From an uncultured Pelagibacteraceae bacterium (GTDB lineage Bacteria > Pseudomonadota > Alphaproteobacteria > Pelagibacterales > Pelagibacteraceae), in the NCBI GenBank assembly GCA_902592265.1, contig CACJDV010000004.1:171-64170 (forward strand): a stretch of DNA of 64,000 nucleotides. The letters run 5' to 3'. The notes beneath the pieces were generated by a model. It was not told the DNA's origin, searched no databases, and saw only the letters and a program-made list of their open reading frames with translations. This document shows, in pieces, positions 1-9,800 of the stretch. Each line of letters starts with the position of its first letter. Within the stretch, counting starts at the first letter, position 1. The position numbers were made by a program, and so were the translations under genes.

Positions 1-2333
1 CAGCCACACTTTACGACGTAGGCATGAATCATTTTTGGAGAGCTAAAAATAATAAATTTGGTGGAGATCTAATTTATTTTCAAGGACATAGTGCTCCAGG
101 AATGTATGCAAGAGCATTTCTTGAGGGAAGACTTAACGAAAAACAATTAGATAGTTTTAGACAAGAGGTTAATCCAGGCGGTTTATCATCTTACCCACAT
201 CCTTGGTTGATGCCAAACTTTTGGCAATTTCCTACAGTTTCAATGGGTTTGGGACCAATGTTGGCAATTTATCAAGCTAGGTATATGAAATATCTGATTA
301 ATAGAGGTCTTATCAAGGATGAAGGTAGAAAAGTGTGGGCCTTTTTAGGTGATGGTGAGATGGATGAACCAGAATCTTTAGGAGCAATTGGTTTAGCAGC
401 TAGAGAAAACTTAGATAATTTAATATTTGTAATTAATTGTAACCTTCAAAGATTAGATGGGCCAGTAAGAGGTAATGGAAAAATTATACAAGAATTAGAA
501 GGTATCTTTAGAGGTGCTGGCTGGAATGTAATAAAAGTAATTTGGGGTTCTTATTGGGATCCATTATTAGCTAATGATAAAACTGGTCATTTAATTAAAA
601 CTATGAATGAGACAGTGGATGGAGAATATCAAGCGATGAAAGCAAGAGATGGTTCTTATGTGAGAGAAAAGTTTTTTGGAAAATATAAAGAGACAAAAGA
701 ATTAGTTTCGAGTCTCTCAGATAAAGACATTTGGAGATTAAATAGAGGCGGTCATGATCCACACAAAGTTTTTGCAGCTTACGATAAAGCGTCCAAAAAT
801 ATTGGAAGTCCAACAGTTGTTATAGCAAAAACTATCAAAGGATATGGAATGGGAAAAAGTGGAGAGAGCGTAAATACGACTCACCAAACTAAAAAATTAG
901 ATATAGATGATTTAATGTATTATAGAGACAGATTTGATGTTCCTTTAACTGATAAACAAGTTCAAAATATTGAATATTATAAGCCAGATCAAAATTCACC
1001 TGAAATAAAATATATTAAAGAAAGAAGGCTCCAGTTGGGTGGCTTTATTCCAGAGAGAACCACTTATGCAAAACCAATTAAAACACCTCCAAAAAACATT
1101 TTTGATAATATGAAAGAGTCCACAGGAGATAAAGAAATGTCAACAACCATGGCATTAGTTAGAATGTTAACAAATCTTTTAAGAGATAAAAATGTTGCTT
1201 CAAGGTTAGTTCCAATAATTCCAGATGAAGCCAGAACTTTTGGTATGGAAGGTTTTTTTCAAAAAATAGGTATTTATGCTCATGAAGGACAAAAATATGA
1301 GCCAGAGGATTCTGCTCAATTAAGTTCATATAGAGAAGATAAAAGCGGACAAGTTTTGGAAGAAGGGATTAATGAAGCAGGAGCAATGTCATCTTGGATT
1401 GCAGCTGGAACTTCTTATACAAATCATGATATTGAAATGATCCCCATTTATCTATTTTACTCAATGTTTGGTTTTCAAAGAATAGGAGACTTTGCCTGGG
1501 CTGGAGCAGACAGTCAATCTAGAGGTTTCTTAATTGGCGCTACAGCAGGAAGAACAACTTTAGCTGGAGAAGGGTTACAACATCAAGATGGTCATAGTCA
1601 TTTATTGGCGTCAACAATTCCAAATTGTAAATCTTATGATCCAACATTCCATTATGAACTAGCCACTATTTTTAGAGAAGGTTTGAGAAGAATGCATGAG
1701 AAAAAAGAAAATATTTTTTATTATATTACAACCATGAATGAAAACTATCCTCATCCTGCCATGCCAAAAGATAGATTATGTGAAGAAGGTATTTTAAAAG
1801 GTATGTACAAAATTAAAGAATTCAACAAATATAAAAAAACTAAAATTCAATTTTTAGGATCAGGCACAATTTTAAGAGAAATGATTGCAGGTGCTGAAAT
1901 ATTACAAAATGAGTATCAAATTGACAGTGAAGTTTGGAGTGTGACTAGTTTTAATGAATTAAGAAGAGATGGCTTAGAGGTTGAAAGATATAACCTTCTG
2001 AATCCAGATAAAGATCCTAAAAAATCATATGTTGAAAGTTGTTTAGGTAAAACAGAAGGACCTATTTTAGCTGCCTCTGATTATATGAGAATGAATTCAG
2101 ACCAAATTCGGCCTTATATAAATAAAAGTTTTTATTCATTAGGAACAGATGGATTTGGTCGTAGCGACACGAGAAAAAATTTAAGAAAGTTTTTTGAGGT
2201 TGATAAAGAGCATGTTGTTACTTACGGGCTAAGTATTTTAGCTAAGGAACAATTAATTGCTTCAAAATATGCTCAAGAAGCAATAAAAAAATATAATATT
2301 GATAAAGAAAAACCAATGCCAACAAAATTATAA
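1..2333 (+). CDS. aceE: Pyruvate dehydrogenase E1, homodimeric type (5' end outside window)
   Basis: QFPTVSMGLG, ThDP motif GDGEMDEPES...NCNLQRLDGP, GEGLQHQDG. Frame is open upstream of the ATG at 24 (ATLYDVG-MNHF). Confidence 0.96.
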   Translation, partial: ATLYDVGMNHFWRAKNNKFGGDLIYFQGHSAPGMYARAFLEGRLNEKQLDSFRQEVNPGGLSSYPHPWLMPNFWQFPTVSMGLGPMLAIYQARYMKYLINRGLIKDEGRKVWAFLGDGEMDEPESLGAIGLAARENLDNLIFVINCNLQRLDGPVRGNGKIIQELEGIFRGAGWNVIKVIWGSYWDPLLANDKTGHLIKTMNETVDGEYQAMKARDGSYVREKFFGKYKETKELVSSLSDKDIWRLNRGGHDPHKVFAAYDKASKNIGSPTVVIAKTIKGYGMGKSGESVNTTHQTKKLDIDDLMYYRDRFDVPLTDKQVQNIEYYKPDQNSPEIKYIKERRLQLGGFIPERTTYAKPIKTPPKNIFDNMKESTGDKEMSTTMALVRMLTNLLRDKNVASRLVPIIPDEARTFGMEGFFQKIGIYAHEGQKYEPEDSAQLSSYREDKSGQVLEEGINEAGAMSSWIAAGTSYTNHDIEMIPIYLFYSMFGFQRIGDFAWAGADSQSRGFLIGATAGRTTLAGEGLQHQDGHSHLLASTIPNCKSYDPTFHYELATIFREGLRRMHEKKENIFYYITTMNENYPHPAMPKDRLCEEGILKGMYKIKEFNKYKKTKIQFLGSGTILREMIAGAEILQNEYQIDSEVWSVTSFNELRRDGLEVERYNLLNPDKDPKKSYVESCLGKTEGPILAASDYMRMNSDQIRPYINKSFYSLGTDGFGRSDTRKNLRKFFEVDKEHVVTYGLSILAKEQLIASKYAQEAIKKYNIDKEKPMPTKL

Positions 2334-3598
2334 TGTCCAAAAAAGATATTAAAGTTCCAAATATCGGTGAATTTAAAGATGTGGAGGTCATTGAAGTTTT
2401 AATTAAAAAAGGTCAAAAAATAAAAAAGAACGATCCACTAATTACTATCGAAAGTGATAAATCAAGTGTAGAGATACCATCAAAAGACGAAGGTACAGTA
2501 ATTTCTTTAAATGTTCAAATTGGAGATAAAGTATCTGAAGGTGATAAAATTATAGAAATTGAAAGCGATAAAGAATCAAAAAGGATAGAAGTTGTAGAAT
2601 CACAAAAAAATCAATTATCAAAAGAGTTAGATAAAAAAGAAGTTAAAGAGAGCAAAGAAACTACAGATATAACAGTTAAAGATACTTCTACAAAGACTTC
2701 TGCATCACCAAAAGTAAGGAAATTTGCAAGAGAGCTTGGAATAGATATTAGCAAAGTTTCTGGTAGTGAAAGGCAGGGAAGAGTTACCGAAAGTGATGTA
2801 AAGTTATTTGTTGCAACGAAAACTAATAAAAGTTTTAAAAACCAAAATACGACAGATCAAAAAATTGAACAAGAGTATTCTCATTCAGAGTTTGGAGAAG
2901 TAGAAATTAAAGACATTCCAAGGGTAAAAAAATTATCATCTAAATATTTAATGAATTCTTGGTCCAAAATTCCTCACGTAACTAATCATGATGAAGCTGA
3001 TATAACTGAATTAGAAGAATTTAGAACTTCACTAACAGATATATATACTGGAGAAAAAAAAAAAATTACTCCACTAGCTTTCATCGTAAAGGCATTAACG
3101 GTATCATTAAAAAAGTTTCCAAATTTTAACACCTCAATAGATGAAATCGAAAATGGTAAAATGACTGTTAAAAAATATTTTCATGTTGGTATTGCTGTAG
3201 ATACTCCGCACGGCTTAATGGTTCCAAAATTAAGAAATGCTGATAATAAAAATATTTCTTTAATAAGCACAGAGCTGAAAAAAATAAGTCAGCAGTGTAG
3301 AGATCTTAAAATCGATAAAAAAGAATTATTTGGAGGTTCTATGACTATAACTAGCCTGGGGAGCATTGGAGGCTCTTTTTTCACTCCAATTATAAATTAT
3401 CCTGAGGTTGCAATTTTAGGAGTAGGTAGAGCAGAAAAAAAACAGGTATTTATTGATGGAAAATTTGTTACGCGTACCATGTTGCCACTATCTTTATCTT
3501 ATGATCACAGAATTATTGATGGTGCTGAAGCTGCTCGTTTTAATAATGAATTAAAACAAAACCTTGGTAAAAACTTTGCATATAAGTTAGCTGTTTAA
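2333..3598 (+). CDS. aceF: Pyruvate dehydrogenase E2 dihydrolipoamide acetyltransferase, single lipoyl domain
   Basis: Lipoyl motif IESDKSSVEIP, E3-binding ASPKVRKFARELG, catalytic SYDHRIIDG. Confidence 0.95.
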   Translation: MSKKDIKVPNIGEFKDVEVIEVLIKKGQKIKKNDPLITIESDKSSVEIPSKDEGTVISLNVQIGDKVSEGDKIIEIESDKESKRIEVVESQKNQLSKELDKKEVKESKETTDITVKDTSTKTSASPKVRKFARELGIDISKVSGSERQGRVTESDVKLFVATKTNKSFKNQNTTDQKIEQEYSHSEFGEVEIKDIPRVKKLSSKYLMNSWSKIPHVTNHDEADITELEEFRTSLTDIYTGEKKKITPLAFIVKALTVSLKKFPNFNTSIDEIENGKMTVKKYFHVGIAVDTPHGLMVPKLRNADNKNISLISTELKKISQQCRDLKIDKKELFGGSMTITSLGSIGGSFFTPIINYPEVAILGVGRAEKKQVFIDGKFVTRTMLPLSLSYDHRIIDGAEAARFNNELKQNLGKNFAYKLAV

Positions 3599-3606
3599 TT
3601 AAAATT

Positions 3607-4503
3607 ATGTCAAAGAGTGTTTCATTATTAAGTGCTTTGTTGTGCACATTTATTTGGGGAACCACATTCATTGCTCAAGATACTGGTATGGATGATATAG
3701 GTCCATTTACTTTTAATGCTGTTAGATTTTTTGTAGGTTTTTTAGCAATTCTTCCTTTGGCATTATTATTTGAGACTAAAAAATTTAGATTAGAGTTTAA
3801 AATTGGTTTTAGATATTTTGTTATTCTATCTTTTTTAATTGGATTATCACTATTCTTAGGCTCAGCATTGCAACAAGTAGCTCTTCTTTATACTGATGTA
3901 GCCAATGCTGCCTTCTTCACAATTTTTTATGTTCCTATGGTTCCAATTATTATTTTTATATTTAAGAGAGACTCATTACATTGGAGTGTATGGCCCTCCG
4001 TAATTTTATGCTTAATTGGGGGATATCTTTTAACAAATTTCTATGACGCAACAGTTAGACTTGGAGACACATTAGTCGTTCTTGGAGCATTATTCTGGAG
4101 TACTCATATTATATTTACTGGAATGATTGTTAAAAAATATAATTTACCCTTAACACTAGGTGCAATCCAAACTTTATTAGTAGCTTTATTTTCTCTCGTC
4201 ATTGGTTTGATTTTCGAAGAATTTGTAATTGAAAATATTCTTAATGAGATAGACTCAATTCTTTATGCTGGAATTTTATCAGGCGGATTTGCGTTTGTTC
4301 TACAAATTTATGCTCAAAAAAATATAAATCCTGCACCAGCAGCAATAATTTTTTCTTTAGAGGGTGTTTTCGCAACTATTGCAGCATGGTTTTTATTAAG
4401 TCAAATTTTAGATTTTAATAACATACTAGGATGTTTGTTCATATTATGTGGTGTTTTAATTTCTCAACTACTACCCTTGGTGAGGAAAATAAATTACCAA
4501 TAA
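3607..4503 (+). CDS. DMT/EamA family transporter
   Basis: About 10 hydrophobic segments, IWGTTF start, SLEGVFA in second repeat. Confidence 0.85.
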   Translation: MSKSVSLLSALLCTFIWGTTFIAQDTGMDDIGPFTFNAVRFFVGFLAILPLALLFETKKFRLEFKIGFRYFVILSFLIGLSLFLGSALQQVALLYTDVANAAFFTIFYVPMVPIIIFIFKRDSLHWSVWPSVILCLIGGYLLTNFYDATVRLGDTLVVLGALFWSTHIIFTGMIVKKYNLPLTLGAIQTLLVALFSLVIGLIFEEFVIENILNEIDSILYAGILSGGFAFVLQIYAQKNINPAPAAIIFSLEGVFATIAAWFLLSQILDFNNILGCLFILCGVLISQLLPLVRKINYQ

Positions 4504-5250
4504 TAAAATTAAACCAACTAATATTCTATAAATTACAAATACAGTTAAAGAAAAATTACTAACGTATTTTATAAAATATTTGACTGTGATAAACGAGAAA
4601 ACGAAAGAAAAGGTAATTGCAATTAATAATAAATAATTAAATTCAATAGATTTTTGTACAGCATCTTTAAGACCTAAAAAGCTGGCACCAGCTAATGCCG
4701 GTATAGATAATAAAAAAGCAATTTTACTTGAGTCGACTCTATTAAATCTTAGAAATCGAGCAGCTGTTAAAGTTATTCCTGCTCTGCTTACACCCGGTAT
4801 AAGTGCTAAAACTTGAAATAGTCCAATTAATAATATTGTTTTTATGTTTAAATCAGTTGATATATTTTGATTGATATCTCTTTTGTCTGATAAAAATAGG
4901 ACCAAACCAAAAAATAAAGTTGTCCATGCAATAATTTCTATATTTCTTAAAAGATTAATGATTTCAGTTGAATATACTATATACCCAAAAATTATAAGAG
5001 GTATCGAGCCAAATAAAATTAAAATTAAAAGTTTTTGATTATTTCTTAAATTAAGTAAATCTTTTTTAAAGTAATAGATTATTGCAAACAATGAACCCAA
5101 ATGAAGACCAATATCAATAAATAAAGAGCTTGAACTGAAATCATAAAAGCTTGATGCTAAGATTAGATGAGCTGAAGAACTAATAGGTAAAAATTCAGAA
5201 ATCCCCTGTATTGCAGAAAGAATTAGTATTTCTATAAAATCTTGAAGCAT
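4471..5250 (-). CDS. uppP: Undecaprenyl-diphosphate phosphatase
   Basis: QGISEFLPISSSAHL and ALIPGVSRAG motifs. Confidence 0.95.
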   Translation of the reverse strand: MLQDFIEILILSAIQGISEFLPISSSAHLILASSFYDFSSSSLFIDIGLHLGSLFAIIYYFKKDLLNLRNNQKLLILILFGSIPLIIFGYIVYSTEIINLLRNIEIIAWTTLFFGLVLFLSDKRDINQNISTDLNIKTILLIGLFQVLALIPGVSRAGITLTAARFLRFNRVDSSKIAFLLSIPALAGASFLGLKDAVQKSIEFNYLLLIAITFSFVFSFITVKYFIKYVSNFSLTVFVIYRILVGLILLLVIYFPHQG

Positions 5251-5433
5251 ACAGATGTCGTAACTTAAAAAATATTCATTTTAAACAATTCGATTTAATC
5301 ATAATAGGTATGCAAAAAATAAATTTCACATATTCTATGCTAAATAATACAAATAATAGGTCATAATTACTGACGTAAATAGTGCTTTTATTAGTAAAAA
5401 CAATGTATAATTTGCCTAAAATTTAAAGATTCT

Positions 5434-6873
5434 ATGACTAATAAAATGTTAAAGTTTGTAAAAATAGGTCAACAAACTCCACCTAAAAGGGAGACCGCCA
5501 CCAGAAAGAATGATTTTGATGAGATCTATGATGAGTTCGTTAAGAAAAAAGCTGAAGAACAGTCGAGCAGGTGTTCTCAATGTGGGGTTCCATTCTGCCA
5601 AGTTCATTGCCCCTTAAGCAATAATATTCCGGATTGGTTAAAACTTACTGCTGAAGGGAGATTAAAAGAGGCCTATGAATTATCTCAAAGTACTAACAAT
5701 ATGCCAGAAGTATGTGGAAGGATTTGTCCTCAGGATAGATTATGTGAAGGTAACTGTGTTATTGAACAATCAGGTCATGGAACAGTGACCATTGGTTCAG
5801 TTGAGAAATATATTAATGATACAGCGTGGGAACAAGGTTGGGTTAAGCCAATTTCTTTAAAACACGAGAAAGATCAAAGTGTTGGAATAATTGGTGCTGG
5901 GCCCGCAGGCTTAGCAGCAGCCGAACAATTAAGAAAAAATGGATATAAAATTACCGTTTATGATCGATATGACCGTGCAGGTGGATTATTGATTTATGGT
6001 ATCCCCAATTTCAAACTTGAAAAACATGTAGTTGAACGAAGAACAAAGTTACTAAAAGATGGTGGTATAGAATTTGTTCAAAATTTCGAAGTTGGTAAAG
6101 ATGCAACCTTAGAACAGTTACGAAAAAAGCATGATGCAATTTTAATTGCTACAGGTGTGTATAAACCAAGGGAGGTTGAACTACCTGGTAACGATTTAGG
6201 TAACATTTTTCCTGCAATGGAATTTTTGACAGCATCAAATAAGAAAGGCCTCGGTGATAAAGTCGAGTTATTCGATAAAGGAACTTTGAATGCAGAAGGA
6301 AAAGATGTTGTTGTTATAGGTGGTGGTGATACAGCTATGGATTGTGTGAGAACCTCTATAAGACAGAAAGCAAAGTCTGTTAAATGTTTATATAGACGGG
6401 ATAAAGAAAATATGCCTGGATCTGCTAGAGAGGTTGCGAATGCTGAAGAGGAGGGTGTCGAGTTTGTTTGGCTTTCAAGTCCGAAAGAATTCAGAGGAAA
6501 AAATAAAATTGAGAATTTAGTGGTAAATCAAATTGAATTAGGTGAACCAGATGAGTCAGGAAGACGAAAACCAGAAATTAAAGAAGGATCAGAATTTGAG
6601 ATAAAAGCCGACATGGTAATCAAAGCTCTTGGATTTGATCCAGAAAATTTACCATTATTATTTGATGCAAAAGAGTTACAAGTAACAAAATGGGGAACAA
6701 TTAAAACCGACTTCAATTCAATGGAAACAAATCTAAAAGGTGTTTTTGCAGCAGGAGATATTGTAAGAGGAGCTTCTTTAGTAGTATGGGCAATCAAAGA
6801 CGGGAGAGATGCAGCTTCTTCTATGAAAACATATTTAGAAAGTATGGAACTAAAAAAAACAAAAGTAGCATAA
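5434..6873 (+). CDS. gltD: Glutamate synthase small (beta) subunit
   Basis: CSQCGVPFCQVHCP and CGRICPQDRLCEGNC Fe-S motifs, GAGPAG, GGGDTAMDC. Confidence 0.96.
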   Translation: MTNKMLKFVKIGQQTPPKRETATRKNDFDEIYDEFVKKKAEEQSSRCSQCGVPFCQVHCPLSNNIPDWLKLTAEGRLKEAYELSQSTNNMPEVCGRICPQDRLCEGNCVIEQSGHGTVTIGSVEKYINDTAWEQGWVKPISLKHEKDQSVGIIGAGPAGLAAAEQLRKNGYKITVYDRYDRAGGLLIYGIPNFKLEKHVVERRTKLLKDGGIEFVQNFEVGKDATLEQLRKKHDAILIATGVYKPREVELPGNDLGNIFPAMEFLTASNKKGLGDKVELFDKGTLNAEGKDVVVIGGGDTAMDCVRTSIRQKAKSVKCLYRRDKENMPGSAREVANAEEEGVEFVWLSSPKEFRGKNKIENLVVNQIELGEPDESGRRKPEIKEGSEFEIKADMVIKALGFDPENLPLLFDAKELQVTKWGTIKTDFNSMETNLKGVFAAGDIVRGASLVVWAIKDGRDAASSMKTYLESMELKKTKVA

Positions 6874-9800
6874 TGGAAAATTATAAAAAAAACTTAGAGC
6901 TGCTTACTAAAAATTATGTTTACTCAAAAGAAATGGAACATGATGCTTGCGGTGTAGGTTTAATTGCATCTACAGAAGGAAAAAAATCTAGAGCTATAGT
7001 TGAGTATGGAATCGAAGCTTTAAAAGCTGTTTGGCATAGAGGCGCTGTTGATGCAGATGGGAAAACAGGTGATGGAGCTGGAATTCATGTTGAAATTCCA
7101 AAAGATTTTTTTATAGAAAAAATACAAGTTACTGGACACGATTACGATAACTCTGAAATCTGTGTAGGAATGATTTTTTTACCTAGAAATGACTATTCTG
7201 CTCAAGAGAGTTGCAAAACAATAGTTGAGAGTGAACTAACCAAGAATAATTTTAGTATATATGGTTGGCGACAAGTGCCAGTTAATCCAAAAGTTTTAGG
7301 ACAAAAAGCTCTTCAAACCATGCCAGAAATCATACAAGTTCTTTTCAAATCTAATGATCCAAATTTATTAGATAAAAATTTAGAAAGAAAAATTTATGAA
7401 ACAAGAAAGATAATTGAAAATAAAGCATTTGATGCTTCTTTGAATAATTTTTACATATGTTCAATTAGTTCAAAATCCATAATTTATAAAGGGCTATATT
7501 TAGCAGAAGCAATATCAGACTTTTATTTAGATCTTAGAGATTCAAGATTCATTTCAAGATACGCAATTTTTCATCAAAGATTTTCAACAAATACTGCACC
7601 AAGCTGGAGCCTAGCTCAACCATTTAGAGCTATAGCACATAACGGTGAAATAAATACGTACAAAGGAAATAAAAATTGGATGAAAGTACATGAACAAGAG
7701 ATGAGCAGTCCACTTTTTGATAATATTGAAAATTTAAAACCAGTGATTCAAAAAGGAGTTTCCGACTCTGCAGCTTTAGATAATGTGTTTGAGCTATTGA
7801 ACAAATCAGGACAATCGGCACCGTTAGCTAAATTGATGTTAGTACCTGATGCGTGGTCAAAAAAAAATAAAACATTATCAAGAAGTCATCAACAATTATT
7901 TAATTTTTTAAATAGCACAATGGAACCATGGGACGGACCTGCCGCTATCGCAGCTACAGATAATGAGTGGGTTATAGCTGCAAATGATAGAAATGGTCTT
8001 AGACCCTTAAGATATGCAATAACAAAAGATAAAATGCTTTTCGCAGGCTCTGAAACGGGAATGATAGAATTAAATGAGAAAAAAATTTTAACGAAAGGTA
8101 GATTAGGTCCTGGAGAAATAATTGGTGTTAGAATTGAAAAGGGTAAAGTCTTTTCAAATACTCAAATCAAAGATTACCTAGCAAAAGAATTTAAACATTT
8201 TAATTCTCAAATAATTGATTTAGATGAAAAATTAACAATCTCCAATGAAAAACATAATTTTGATGGCGAAAGTTTAAGAAGAAGACAATATACTTTTGGA
8301 ATAAGTTTGGAAGATCTTGAGCTTATTTTACATCCAATGGCAGAAGATGCAAAAGAAGCAACTGGCTCAATGGGTGACGATACTCCTTTAGCAGTGCTAT
8401 CTGACAAGTATAGACCACTTTATCATTATTTTAGACAAAATTTTAGTCAAGTAACAAATCCACCAATTGATTCTTTGAGGGAAAATAAAGTAATGAGTTT
8501 AAAAACTAGATTTGGAAACTTAGGCAACATTCTTGATTTTGATACTTTAACAAAAGAGAATATTTATGTTTTGAACAGCCCTATTCTATCAAATTCACAA
8601 TTTAGTAAGTTCACAAATTTTTTTGGTAAAAATTCAGTGACTATTGATTGTTCTTTTTCGAAAGATGATAATTTGGCTGATACTATCAGCAGGATTCAAA
8701 AAGATTCAGAAATTGCTGTTAGACAAGGCGTTACTCAATTAATTTTAAGTGATAAAAATCTCTCCTCTGAAAGATTACCAATGCCAATGTTATTATGTGT
8801 TGGAGCCATAAACACATTTTTAATTCAAAAAAAATTAAGAGGATATGTTTCTATCAACGTTCAGTCTGGCGAAGCTATAGATACACATTCGTTTGCAACA
8901 TTAATTGGAGTTGGAGCAACAACAGTAAATCCATATCTAGCTTTTGATAGCTTATATCAGAGATATGAAAAAAAACTTTTTGGCCAATTTAGTTTTGATG
9001 AGTGTGTACAAAGATACATAAATTCAGTTAACGCAGGCTTGTTAAAGATAATGTCTAAAATGGGGATTTCTGTTTTAAGTTCTTACAGAGGTGGATGTAA
9101 TTTTGAAACTGTAGGATTGAGCAGAACAGTTGTAAATGATTATTTTCCTGGAGTTACGTCAAAAATTTCAGGTATTGGTTTAGTTGGAATTGAAAAAAAG
9201 ATAAGACAAATTCACAAGGAAGCATTTGAAAGCACAGATACTGTATTGCCAATTGGAGGTATTTATCGATATAGGAAAAATGGAGAAACCCACCAATATC
9301 AAGGAAAGCTTATTCATTTATTACAAAGCGCTGTGGGCTCGAATTCATATGAGGCATATAAGAAATATGCTGAAGGTATATACAATTTACCTCCAATTAA
9401 TTTGAGAGATCTAGTTGATTTTAGAAAAAAGAAATTAGGTTCGTCAATAAATATATCTGAAGTTGAACCAATAGAAAAAATATTAAAAAGATTTGGTAGC
9501 GGAAGCATGTCTCATGGTGCCTTATCAAAGGAAGCACATGAAACTCTTGCTATTGGAATGAATAGAATTAAAGGTGCCTCTTGTAGTGGTGAGGGTGGAG
9601 AAGATGCAGAGAGATTTAAGGTAATGGATAGTGGTGACAGTGCAAATTCTAGAGTAAAACAAATCGCATCAGCTAGATTTGGAGTTACTGTAAATTACTT
9701 AAATAATTGTAACGAGATAGAAATAAAAATGGCCCAAGGTGCTAAACCAGGGGAAGGTGGCCAGTTACCTGGTTTCAAAGTTACAGAGGAAATTGCAAGA

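Noticed and set aside
6786-6872. Extended gltB N-terminus (similar extensions for aroK, truA and the 53606 ORF)
   Set aside because: They overlap neighbouring genes or promoters and lack family similarity; downstream ATGs fit better.
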